Below, piece after piece: positions 41,132 to 53,974 of a stretch of DNA of 64,000 nucleotides. Origin of the DNA: Dicyema japonicum (lineage: Eukaryota > Animalia > Dicyemida); NCBI GenBank assembly GCA_011109175.1, contig RDEW01000051.1, forward strand, positions 180,685 to 244,684, in the 5' to 3' direction. How positions within the stretch are numbered: the first letter of the stretch is position 1; every line of letters begins with the position of its first letter. The notes under the pieces were generated by a model. It was not told the origin of the DNA and did no database searches. It saw only the letters and a list, made by a program, of their open reading frames with translations. Position numbers and translations under genes: made by a program.

Positions 41132-42349
41132 ATGTTTTTTTCTTGTGTATCCGTTTTTCGGAAAACTTTTCTGAGAGGTTTATTTTAAACTGTAAAATAG
41201 AAAGCATTTCAATTAATTTTAAAAAATATTCCTCAAAGAGGGTTGTTCAGACGAACTGCGCAGAGTCCCCCACTTACTCAGTGATGGCCTACGCAACCGC
41301 CGAAAAATATGATTTGACTGCTTTTTTTGAATTTCTTAGAAATTTGTCATACAAAATAAAATGTTTGTTGAGCAATAATTTAAGACATTGGTTCCGCTCT
41401 TTATTTAGAGAACCTTAATGACCAAGACACGAGCATTTATTTTTTCGAGTAACTTTATATTAATCACTTCAGTACCGGTGTCTCCGTCTTCTGGAATGTC
41501 AACTATAATGCTGTAATTTTAATTTATTATTTTTTTAAATTTATTATTATTTTTTAAATGTTATTTCAATATAATAAATTAAATTTTTGGTTTGAATCCT
41601 TTGATTCTTCATTTTTTGAAGTTAATATTTTTATTAGCAAATGAAAATTCTCGATGATTTGAAGCCTTTTGAATCTCTTCCTTTAGTGAGAGAAGGTGTA
41701 ATCAGAGAATATGAAGACTTAGTATACGCCTATTCAAAGTTCTCCGTTTTAAGGAAAATTAGTCAGAGGACGTCGATTAACTCCGACGGATTCGTCAACC
41801 TGTGCGAAGGCGATAATTTTACTTTGGAACTTGAAAAGTACACAATTTCCAATGTTTTGGCTCTCTCTGGTTTCACTTGGGTAATTCTCAGTAAAATTGT
41901 CAATTTATGAGAGCATCCTCGAAGAGTACAAAGTCTCTGTCCACGAAATTACGGAGAAGATGAAACGGGGACAACGTTTGGCGTGGACGAGACGGGAAAT
42001 CCTTCGAAAAATCGGAGAAATTCTCGAACTTAGGTTTATTGGATTTAAATTGGAAGAAGTGAGATAAATCTGAATTCTGATTTGCTCGGAATCCCCGACT
42101 TTTATTGGGAGAACAGTCGCCTCGAGTCTCTTTACTCCAAGGGCTCCCAAAGCCTCTCTTTGCTTTCCAGGACTAAAATTATGAACGGAAAGCTATCGAA
42201 TTGTTATGAAACTTTGACTTTGGTGGGGCAGCTGATGACTGATAGACACAGTAATAGGCTGGAGTGGCTTATTATTATTCTCATTTTGTCTGAGGTTGGG
42301 GGTTATTTCATTTTAGGTTATTTTTGAGGTTATTAGATTTATTGATTAG
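41132..42349 (+). CDS. RMND1: RMND1/Sif2 family (DUF155) protein
   Basis: MAYATAEKYDL, GVSVFWNV, LEKYTISNVLALS, PDFYWENSRLESLY and HSNRLEWLIIILILSEV. One 125-nt AT-rich intron at 41513-41637. Confidence 0.87.
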
Positions 42350-43598
42350 TATTTTTAGTAATTTTTTTATTTGAATATTTATACTTTTTATTAAGGCGGG
42401 AATTATAGCTGACTTTGTTCTTCCGCAGCACAGGTATCAGAGTTCCTCCAATTTGGGACGGTGGATCCGAATTCTGGTGTACCCGACGCAGCTTTATTTT
42501 GACTCTTTGAGTTCACGATGTTTCATAGGTCAATTAAAAGGGGGACGAGAGGTTATATCCACCTTGAGCACTGAGGTTATATTTCATTCTAAGGGAGTAA
42601 GGTAGTGACGACATTATTAAGAGGGAATGGGATAAGGACTATTTAGCTTGGCAAACTAAGGGAATTGAATAAAGGTTTGATAAAAAATGCCGCTGTGGCT
42701 TACTAGGGAGATCAATGTTAACAGAATCTAAAGTTCGGGTATCCGATATTCTCCTTCTCCGAGAAGGAGGTTACATTCATTTTGAAGAGGTGAAGCATTG
42801 AGTTTATATTAAATTCAATGGGTATGACTTTTAGGGATCTCAAGTTTCGACTTCTTTCTTTTTCTGGTAGGTAGAAAGTCTAATCTCAGCTCCTTCTGAT
42901 GACTTGCGAGAACACTTCTGCCTGTTCCAACCTTGTTCTTTCACATTCCAGAAGGGGAGGCGGTAATGGGAGCTAACCTCTGAACTAATTACACCAGAAT
43001 TTTATGCATATTATTTCTCTGAACTAGAAATGGAGACAATAAGACACTTAGTATTAATTCAACGTCACCACACGTTATCAACAAGATATGGGGACAGAAG
43101 CTTGCCCCTCGTTTTGTAGCCACTACCAAGCGAACCGTTAAGTAGTTACTCTGTAAGGGAGTAATTTCAAGTCTGTTAGCTGCAATAGTAGGGCTTTTTC
43201 TCAACGTAAAGATGACCCACGTGCAGAAGAGACAACATAGAGTTACATATTAACCCCCAAAATTACCAAAAAGAAATTATTTAAGGTATGTCCAACTCGT
43301 CTTTTCCACCGAGTCCATCCATATTGTAGAAACCCCTCGTGGAAACCGCCTCACTAGAGCAGAGCGAGGATATCCTTGGATCCCGGACAGGCACTGGGCG
43401 TCTTTTGAGACAAATGAATAACATGACACCTCTTAGGATAAAAAGACACAGCAACAAGAAATCCTTTGACCAGGTAACTGAGGAGTTATTCACCTTTAAA
43501 GGCTTTCCCAGTCCACCTACTCTATCAGTGAATTTTAATGTTTTAAATAAAATGGAAAATTAATTTTAAATTATTAATTTGAAGGGCTGTTCTTTGTG

Positions 43599-44537
43599 AT
43601 GTCTAAAGTCGCTTCGGGCCAAGAACGTCCTCAAAATGAGACAAATCACATTTCAATCCTCAAAGAACTGGCGGAAAAGACCATAAAAATGATCAAAGAC
43701 TCGGATGAGTCCAAGAATCAAGAAAAATCGAACAACATTCTTAAAATCAACACAACCTTGAGGTAACCAAGACATCCTCACAAACCAGGGACATATTTCG
43801 GAGAGGAACCACCAGTTTGCTGTTTCACAACGACACTCAGTTCTCAATAAGCATCAACATGAACAAGGAAACCATGTAAACTCACTCAACCAGCTCATCT
43901 CGTGGGCAAACCAGGTACTGCCTGTATTCAGCCTAGTTTATGGAAAATCACGAGAAAATCAGTCCCATTCTACTTCGCTTGGGTAACTATGACCACATGG
44001 ACCGATTTGATGCTGAGGTTTCTAACAACTTTGACATCCCCACGTACATCGTCACTATGTCCAACCAACTGAAGGCCCTCAAGGTCAGAAAAAACGAGGA
44101 TGGCTCTGTTCTCCAGGTTTGAAGTCATCCTGCATTTAAGTTAATCGTAGGCGGCATATTGGAAATCCACGTGGTCGTATATTACTCAGAGATCACCTCA
44201 ATCGTAGTGCGCGGCCCCTATGAGAGTCTAAGGGACTGGGATGTGTGGACAAAATCCAAGCACGCCGTTTTCAGAGAGGTAACCGAGATCCCGACCTTGG
44301 TAGATCAACAACTTCATAATCTGGGTACACAGCCGTATTTGCTCGAATCCCTACCGCCCCAATCACGCTCTGCGGACATTCGTGGTCTCTCTGGTTCTTA
44401 TGTAGTACTTGCTGGTGACCTATGCTGATTTATTCAACAAAAAGTGTTTTATCTGCGACCGGATCCTGAGGAACCTGAAACCCCCAACAATGAGGACGTT
44501 GGAAGGCCACAGGCCACACCATCCTGACTGTTCATAG
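43599..44537 (+). CDS. MED27: Mediator complex subunit 27
   Basis: ITSIVVRGPYE...DVWTKSKHAVFREVT and C-terminal zinc motif WLVTYADLFNKKCFICDRIL...PPTMRTLEGHRPHHPDC. Confidence 0.8.
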
Positions 44538-44659
44538 ATGACGTCATTTGATCATATATGACGTCATTTTTGTTTAATACGGCTTGAATAATAAATACTG
44601 CGTAATTGCAGCTGCTATTTTGTTTCGTATAAGTGATGAGGGCTAAGATATTGTGAATG

Positions 44660-45123
44660 ATGGATTTGCTGAGTAACCGCTTTGGTAGTCTCACTGTCGA
44701 GTTCTGTGCGCCTTGTCTCTCTGTTGAGGATTATATGTGCCCTATTTGCCATAGTGTGTTTGTCCGCCCACTCAGGTGTTTCCCGTGTAACCATGCCTTC
44801 TGCGAGATTTGTCTCCGCTTACTGAAGAAGTACTCCCCGATGAGACTGGATGTCCCTTGTGCAGGCAGGTCATTCAGTACTGTTTCGTTGATGTGGGTTA
44901 TTGATGCGTAGTACCTTTTGTAGATCTGACAGTGGCTACGAATAGACTCAACGTTAGAAAGAAACCGAGGAGATCCAAGAAGAGGCGCAAATTTAGCAAA
45001 CATAATCCCCTCCCATGTACTGAACCCGCTACGAGTCAGGGATTTGAGAGGCAGTTATTGATATTATTTATACTGACGATATGCGTGATTGTATTTATCA
45101 TAATTAATTTGAATGAATTATAA
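44660..45123 (+). CDS. RNF180: RNF180-like RING E3 ligase with C-terminal TM anchor
   Basis: CPIC...PLRCFPCNHAFCEICLRLL, then after a C-run shift GCPLCRQVI, followed by PLPC and a hydrophobic tail. Confidence 0.65.
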
Positions 45124-45689
45124 ATATTTTGTGGAATTTAATTTTTTTACTTTAAAGTTGTTAAGACTGGGGGATCTCTAGGACATTTGAGGAGTTAATT
45201 CAAATTCTGTTTAGTGCAGTGTCATGTGGTTAACCTTGAGGGCACCAAATGCACCTCGAAATAAGACCACTCACTGGGGGACAATCCTCCTCCTGACCCG
45301 TTCACTGTTGCTGAATCGTTGGGGTCACGTGTTTTTAAAGTGGCTTTTGGAACTTTTCAGACTAACCGTTCAGTGAAACTACGGAATGCCTCATATGGAT
45401 GTTATGGGAATGGTCTCCGAGACTGTCGAGTGGGAGATTGTTGATAATGATTATTATTAAAAACTGACTTATTCTACCTACCTCAGGACAGAAGATCATG
45501 CGAAGTTCGTAAAACGTGCCATCTCCCAAGTTTTGGGTGTGACGCTATTTGAATGTGAAGCTTTCGCAATTCAAGTTACGCGCGTTATTAGATTGAAGAA
45601 TGGCTTTATCCACCACAGTTAAAAATTATTAACCCGGGAAGCACAAGATGAGGATAAGTGACCCCACTGTGAGGCTAGCTTCCTTCTAT

Positions 45690-46130
45690 GGTTGTCGGTA
45701 TTTTGGATTTATTTGCTTAAGAAACCCAAGGTCAGAAGAAAAAATGTCAACTTTCTGAATCTCCATAAAGAACAACGTTTCTCCCCCCGCATCTTGGAGA
45801 GAATCCGATCTTGCTCCCTCCCAGGGGTGCATGGAGACTGCCATTTGAGGGGATCTTGTTGGCGTACCGTCAGATGATACATAATCGGTGTCCCTTTAAT
45901 CTTTTCCGTAACAGTAAAGCAGATTTCCGTTTCACCGTCTCAATAAGACTCTTAGCCACCTCCAATGGCGAGAGTGGGGTGACTCAACGTCTTTTACCTT
46001 TTATGCTGGTTCTGGGTGGATTTGTGTGACGTGAAGGACTCAGTTTCTGTAAGTGTAAACTGGATACACTTAGTTGTTTACAGTTAACTTCTTTCTCTGT
46101 GAATCCGGGGTTATTTATTTAGAACCCCTA
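45690..46130 (-). mobile_element. LINE fragment of the family at 8.3, 9.9 and 16.5 kb
   Basis: Shared segment cgtctttta-c-tttatgctggttctg...aactggatacacttagttgttta...tccggggttat. Confidence 0.55.
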
Positions 46131-46397
46131 TTCCCTCAGGATAGCGAGATTCATTCAAATAGTCAGCATTGTTCACAGAGATCTGTTCGTGTAGAAATCC
46201 GATTCCCAAAGAATTCCAGCATTGAAGGCGCAAGGGAATCGGGAGTTCAACTTTTTAAATGTTCATTTAAAAAATTAATAAGCATAAAAAAGAACCACAA
46301 ACATACATACGAGTAAATGATGGCATTTTAATTTAATTGTATTTTTATTTAATAAATTATATTTAAAATTTATATATTTTGTTTTATTTATGTGGTG

Positions 46398-46862
46398 ATG
46401 AGTGAGTCTACCAACTCGATCGACGATATAGCTGACAAATTATCGAACCTTAAGATAGAGAATGTCGATGAAAAGAACATTATTTCGAAATCAATCGAGG
46501 TTTATGATATCCCAAGTTTCTACGAAGTGAATGTACTCCTTTCTCATTTCGAAAAATCCAAGTAAGATAATTTCTCACTACAGAATCGAGGTTTTCTGCA
46601 AGTTCGGCACTTCTGTGGCCATTCTCTTCAAATGTGAAGAATATGGTCCTTTAGTTTCTTATTGCAGCCAAACAAATGACTAACCGGACTTTAAGATTTG
46701 TTAAAATTCGCCCTTTGGGTGATTCACCTGAGAAAATGAGGGAAATGCTGTTAAACCAACATTGTAGTCGTCTTTATCACTTTAGTTGGAACCAAACGCA
46801 TCAAAAAGCCTGGTAAATCCGCGGAGGTTGCTCGTCGTATTATTTTGAGGTCACTCAAGTGA
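46398..46862 (+). CDS. R3HCC1-like RRM protein (C-terminal domain only)
   Basis: Three 22-nt introns give a continuous ORF with IEVYDIP, VKIRPL and KSAEVARRIILRSL, resembling the R3HCC1/R3HCC1L RRM and TSAALARRLV motif. Confidence 0.6.
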
Positions 46863-46904
46863 TATTTATTTTTTTTATTTATTTGCTTTACTCATTTATT
46901 AGCT

Positions 46905-49316
46905 AACGTAGTGGTTCTGGCGACTTTTCTGTAGCAAATGTTTGGGGGATCGATTCTCCCGTTCATTACTTGATCATTGTGCAGGATTTCTGGAAGGAAA
47001 ACCACAACAACCCAATTGATCTACAAGAGCGTTGGCCTTGCGATCCTGTGGTGACACTCACAAATAATAAAAGCATAGGCGAACAAATGTTCACCATATT
47101 ATAGGTAGACTCCTCATTATTTAATACGATTGTATCGATCTTAGTGGTTGGGATGCCTATAACAATGACTACTTTGTCAAAAGGATTAAAGTCCCTTCCA
47201 TTAATCGCTTCATTAGTAGATCCTCCTGTGATGCATCTGTTTAAGGAGGCGTCTCTAGGATAGCCTTAATAATAATTTGCTCCCTCACTAAACTGGGTCA
47301 TTCCTTATTGGTTCCCACAACTATGCTTCTACATGTACTTGAGTGCTTGATTCCCCCAACATCGATCATTGGAACTGGACTCCTAATCGAGTACCAGCTG
47401 CCAAGAGACAGTCAGCATGGCGATTCCAAGACGCTGAGAGTATCATCTCCGTCAACGGGTTCTCAGAGTCCTGTTGCGACACGCTTAATTAGCTGTCAAC
47501 CATGACATCCCAGAGTACCTCCGTTAGTAAAAAACGTCATGAGCAACGAAAACATTTCAATATTAAAAGCGTAAATATCGTCAATAATTGACACACTTAG
47601 GTGAGTAAATCCTTCAGAGGTAACAGCGAATCATCAAGGCACGTGTCAAAACATTTCAACTAAAATAACCGGAAAAACGACTCTATCATGTGTACCCCAC
47701 GTGTGCTTCAAATTCAAAGTAGAAATAAGATTTCGCACACAAAACAATTCCTCAATGTCAATAATACACTTTGGGACGCAATAACTTCCAAACATCGAAA
47801 CAACAACAGACCTGGTACGTGTCATTAACAGAAATACAAATTTTCAGCATTTCTTGACAGATAGCGGGAAATTTCAGCCAAATTAGGAGAAATTGACTCC
47901 AAAATGTTCAGAATAGCCGACGGAGTCACCAAATTCTTCACCTTCTTCACTAATGCGGCCACTTGTACGAAGTACTCCCGAATAATCTCGTATTTCTGGT
48001 CCTCTATGAGTTCAGAGTAGTCCACCACAACATCCTTTAATGAAAAGCAAGAATACAGAATCACTAAGCAAATTTACATTTTCTCCCACGTGGTCAATAA
48101 GCCTGAATAAAGCCAAACAGTACTTTTTAGTCAAATCTCTCATATTCTTGTCAAAAAATAACATGACCAAGCTTTGGTAGTACCCCTTCAGGAAAACGGA
48201 GAAGTTTGCTTTGATCTTCAGCAAGGTAACACATAGAAAGTTTATGTAGTCCCTCAGAATCGTCAAGTTGTGTATGGATAGGACATCACTGGACGCCTCC
48301 AATTGGCTCAGCATATTTTTTAACTGAATAAATCATAAATCACCTGATTTCTCGTCCATGGAGCCAATTCGGTAGAGGAATCACCAAAAATGGCAGAGAA
48401 CTGAGTCACTGACTCGAACACATGCTCTCTGTAGAGTTCTACAAGGCTGGAAATCTTCTCAAATGAGGATAAATTGTTGTTTATGGACATAATTCTGCAG
48501 TTTACTCCATTCGTTCTTCCCTACAGGTAAATAGCAAGTAAACCTGCAAAAAGCACTTCCTGAGTTCACCCTCAGTAAATCTCCCGCTTTTTCTAAGGAC
48601 GGTGACGACTTTAAGAAGTTCAGAGACTCGACCTGAACCGCTTTTTAGCTGAGCCAGAAGAAGGTCCACCATTCTGTCGTAGCTGGACTCAATCATGTGA
48701 AGTATTTTCCGGATTATAAATCTTCTTACATTTATTATAGGTATTGGAGAAAGCTTCTTCCAAAGGGTGAGGATTTGGTGGACCTCATCGTAGTTACCCT
48801 CCTCTATTAAGGAGTCAACCGTCTTGGGCATCCTCAGAATGCAGGCCACGTCCTCAATTTCTCTTTGGTTCAAAAACCTATTCAAATAATAAAATTATTT
48901 TTTAATTTAAAAATAAATAATAAACATTTTAATTATTTAAAAAATTAAATAATAATACTAAAAATAAGAAATAAAATAATTTTGCAAAGTTAAATACATT
49001 ACGGTACTTACAAGGTTTGGTCCACTTTGAAATCGTTCATGTTTGGCTTGATAGACTCAATGCTCAACTTTAAGGCTGATATTTGAGAGGTCATTTGAGT
49101 CCGCTTAGGGTAACTAAGGAAAGGACATTATTGTTGATTTGTTCGATGCTCTGAGAGAACTTTATGAAAGATCCATAGTGAGAGAACGTATTGTTCGACA
49201 TTTCTTCGATTACGCTGTTTATTTCTGATTCAATTTCATTTGGTTTATTTACTAATGGGGTTATTGGTAACATTACATAATTTTGATATATTTTCAGAGA
49301 TGTTATCACTAGACAT
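46905..49316 (-). CDS. COG8: Conserved oligomeric Golgi complex subunit 8, full-length copy
   Basis: FSHYGSFIKFS, ILRMPKTVDSLIEEGNYDEV and VLRKSGRFTEGELRKCFLQ. 120-nt AT-rich intron at 48878-48997. 3' end approximate. Confidence 0.8.
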
Positions 49317-50512
49317 GTGTGACTCACAAAGATCAATTATTTAAATTAAATTTAATAAATTCAAAGTTATATTTATTATTTATTAAATTAACAGCAGATA
49401 CTAAAATAAACGGTAGATAATAGAGAGACCTTCCAATATCACGCATAAGTCTTTCAGAATTAGCGAAGAGGGAGAAAACATCCAGAGGGAGAAACTTCTT
49501 CAATACAAAAGAATCTCAACTCTCTATTATTTATAGTAATGTAGGCGGCGGATTCCTCGAAACACAAAATTTGAGCATATCGTTTGATTTTTTCCCTTTC
49601 TCTCCAGTCAATGAATTTATCGAGTTGTCATGAAAATCTTAATTTTTTTCAATTGCTTATCGTGTTGATTCCACTAGAACATATTTTATAAGTATATTTT
49701 CAAAAAAACTAATATAAGTTTTATTTTTTTATTATTAATAATTTCTTCCAATGAAATGTTTTCTGAAAATTTATTTTTCGTATTTTGAGCATTCACATCG
49801 CAGCTCTGGGGTCTCGCAGATTTGTACTGTGACATTTTATAAAATAAATTAGGGAAGAAGATATTCTTTTAGAAAAAAATTGAACTATCAAAAGGCTGAA
49901 CTGACAAATAAAAGCAATGAATTTAATATGTGTCCTGAAATACTTGACTATTCTTTAAATTTTGTTGGAGAGGTTAAAGAGACAGGTGAGAATGTTATTC
50001 GGCTCTTCAAGGGTTAAAAAATTATTTTAAACAGCTTGAATTGTTTAAATGGAATGCAGAGGTTAAATCAAATTTCAAGAAAGGAAATGAGTTTTATAAC
50101 AGAATTGGTTTTTCAAAAATAAATTTTTCTTTATCACTCCTTCTAGCTGCCCAAAATAGGAGATTAGGTGGAGTCTTACTGTAAGTTGTATTCGATTCAT
50201 TTAATAACTTTTTGATTAGACAACGACAGAAGATTATGAGAGAGCATCAACTCCGACTAATCCAACTATCAGTTATGGTTGTGGCGCTTGGGGAACAAAC
50301 TTAGCCACCCACGTGTCCAAATGTTCCACATCTCTTTCAGTGCACAAGACACCAGCATGAGTACTCGTGGACTTGTCGATCTATGAGAGCAATCGGAATT
50401 TACCGCGTCTACTTATCCCCCTGCAAGTTAGTGAAGTCGGGGTAGTGACGTCAGGGGGGTCAAAAGTTAGAATTACTAAGCCCACGTGATTTAAAGAAAA
50501 CTTGGGAAAATA

Positions 50513-52150
50513 TTACACAAAAGTTAGTAAATTAAACAACAGAAGTCTTGGGGGCTCCTTTTCGCGCTTCGAGCGACTTGGGGACGAAGAAAGACAAAAT
50601 AATCAGACACAAATAAAAAAATGCGATAAATTCGAAGGAAATCAGAGACCCAAAGACCTTCCCAATACTCAAGTCACATTTGAGGGATGCTGCGTATATG
50701 CTCTCAAACATCACGGGAGCAATGGATCTGCAATATTTCCCAATCAAACCTGAAGAGGCACGACAGCGACAATCCAATTCCATTCACGGTCCCCACATCC
50801 TTCACATCCGCAGCGTTGTTGAGAATCAGTCCGATTGGACCGAACATCATGATGTTGTTCGATTTATCAGTATATATTCGACGTACATGAACACTGTGCT
50901 CCCATACGAGGACTGCGTAAAGCACAAATTACACATTTTCGTCAAATGATGTAACTGAGGGGATTGAGGCGATCAGGGGAGAGCGAGCATGTTGACATAC
51001 TTAATGACCTTAAGATCAGACAGTTACCAAACCCAGATGATCCCAAATCTGGACATTAACTGAGTGAAGACGAAGATGGTCAGGAATATCCCTGGGATGG
51101 AGCAGAACGTGATGAAATTCCCAATGGCTTTCGCGGAAAACCCGAGTCCCCCGGATTGAACTTCCGTGGAAAGGTATAGAATCAGCAATTCGTCAACTCC
51201 AATGGAGCATAGCGAAAAGAGCAAGTAGATCCCCAACGAAATGATGACCTTTTTGGATCTATTTCAGTAAACTCAAAAGTGACCTCATTATGCGTGCAAA
51301 AGCCCTGAGAGTCGACTCCTTCGCTGAATTTGGCGGGTTCTTTCATTTCAATGCTGGTGGTCATGCGTATTCTGTTGAAACCTCAAAATACTTTCTTTTG
51401 AGGGATTTTTCGAAGACGTAAACAGAGGTTACGTTTATTCCGATGAAGCGGTCACCACGAGGGAGCACAGGAAGTAGGGGTATCGCATGAAAAACGAAGT
51501 CTTGAACACGTTCGAGTACAATTTGGCTGGATTTTGCAAATATCCTTAATGGGGGTAACAACCACGTGATACCGCCAACCATGGACCCTAAAATGGTCCC
51601 GACATAGACTCCAATCATGTGGAAGAGCATTCCTATGGACTGGTTTTCGTTTGTGCATAAATCGTAGAACTATCGCTTTGCTCAACAAAGCGGTCCCTTC
51701 AATCACGGAAAAATAAACCGGAAACGAGACCAATTAACAGCTTCATGCAAATCGTGAAGTACAGATCAATCGTAAGCCCGAAAATGAGCGTGAATAGGCC
51801 ACTCATGGTTAGGCAGACCATCAGAACACGGTATTTGCTCATTTTGTCTGCAAGTCTACCAATTATGACACTAAAGCTTATCTCCAATAGTTTACCTCCC
51901 AAAAATTCGTCCTCCATAAAATGCCGTTTGGACAAGGCCGGCGTAGTACCCCTTTTCGTACTCCGAATAGCCGAAGAACTGGAAAATCACTAAACCCCAA
52001 CTCTAATCATTTCGGGGATAAATGGCTGGGAGAAAAGCGCGAGAAGACTGGTGGTGATCTTATCTAATCAAATCCAGGGTACCATGTTCATAGTAATCAC
52101 GGTGATTGCTGAAATTGACAACTTTGTGGGTCATACTCCAGATTTTTCAT
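50513..52150 (-). CDS. MFS transporter, copy 2 (homopolymer frameshifts)
   Basis: Near-identical to 36916-38558. Confidence 0.7.
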
Positions 52151-53974
52151 GATTCTCAAAATAACTGTCGACGTTGTACAATCTACAACTTAAATAGACT
52201 TAACCGCAATAATCACTTAAATATCACGTGAACTTACGGTGACTCATATCTTTCGTTAACGACATTGATCTACATTTAAGACTCCCATTAATGTGACTGT
52301 TTCTATTTTAGTTGAAGAGCCTCCCCCGATGATTGAATCATTAATTCCTTATACTTCACTAAATCCTAATCAATTTAAATCGATACTGGCTATTGATCTT
52401 TGCCCACAATTGCTGAGTGTTGCCTCTTGTGGTAGCGAGGGAGATCAAATGGGAGAGCTTCTGGTGTTTACTTTGGTGAAGCCTTGAATGCCACGTGACC
52501 TCTTTCACGTGACTCTTAGTAATTCAGCAGCCTGGTATCTATTTATGACTCCCTTTTGTGCAACTAATTCATTTCCTGTCCACGTGGTCCGTGGGTGATC
52601 TGTTTCTTCCAACTTGTATGAGCGCCAACACTATCAGCTGGACGCTTGAGGGCAGCCAACCCCCTCCAAGGATCCTCGTCTTTATTAGACCATTAGCCGA
52701 AAATACTTCCTATATTTTTGTAGGTCAGCCTTTATTTGGGGATGTGGAAGACCTCGCCAGGACGTCCACCAACTTGGTTATTTTTTTGATGTGATCTCTC
52801 ATCATTGCGTCATGCCTGGTAAGAAAAATTCTTGGAAACGGAAAAGGGTTAATTAGTCGACATTAGAATAGAAAAAAATATGAAGAGACGTTCACATCAC
52901 AAAAAAGTCTACCGTAAATAACATGTTTAACAAACCCCACATGAATGTGAAGACCACCAATCAGAGATAAACCATCCGACTGATATTTGAAAGCACGGGT
53001 TTTAGCTGCTACGTTCCTGTTGGCCACGTGTTTCCTTCACTTAAAGGTGTCGATTGAACAGAGTTAAGTGTCACAAGAACAACTCATCGATGCTCTAAAA
53101 CGTTCTGTGGAACTGACACGAGGATTTTAATAAAGTCTAATTTAAAATATAAATGAGGTAACGTCGGCTTCTCTAGACTGAAATAGCTAATGAGAAGGAA
53201 GCGCATTATGGAGATGCCTCAGTATGCTAGTCACGTGGGCACGCATGATTCTGTTCGGTTTTTTTTAAATTGACCAAAACATGGCAGAAAATTTCATCAC
53301 GGAGAACTACGTCGCAGCAAGTCCACGTACGGTGCTTCCTGAAATTCTTAATGAGGATCTGAAACTGGTGAAGAAAGCAATGAGCAACAGCGAAGACCCT
53401 AGTGATCTGAAGAGTCTGGCGTTAAACAAAGGAGGGCGGAAGAGAGGAAGAGCAAACTAATCAAAGCGAGGTACATCAGAATTAAACGTCTCTATGCTAG
53501 CTTGCTTTCACGAAGAAGCAAAGACAAAGTTCATCAGCACCATCCCGCGTCCATAGTCATCCATTGCACAACCTCTGCCCGAAAGCGCCTAGTTATTAAA
53601 GATCACAAGGCACATATAACAAGAATAAATCGTAAAAAATGAAAAATCAGTCAATTCTGATCTTCCGGGCAATCAAACCCGGTAGCAGATGCTTAATATA
53701 GACAGCGAGCCGATGTTTCAGGGGTCCGATGATAATGTGGGAATCGTTTTGATCACTGATAGCCTTCACAATCTCCCTGGCCACATATTGCCCCACGTTT
53801 TGTAGCCACTACCAAGCGAACCGTTAAGTAGTTACTCTGTAAGGGAGTAAGTTCAAGTCTGTTAGCTGCAATAGTAGGGCTTTTTCTCAACGTAAAGCTG
53901 ACCCACGTGCAGAAGAGACAACATAGAGTTACATATTAACCCCCAAAATTACCAAAAAGAAGTTATTTGATGTA

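Noticed and set aside
42400-43560. Gene between RMND1 and MED27 (ORFs 42989-43204, 43281-43493, 43339-43563)
   Set aside because: No consistent spliced frame, and short matches to repeat fragments elsewhere (31.86 kb, 28.8 kb) suggest TE debris.
49400-50300. Protein-coding gene in the right part of amplicon block A
   Set aside because: Only short, stop-interrupted frames in all three copies and no recognisable family; left unannotated.
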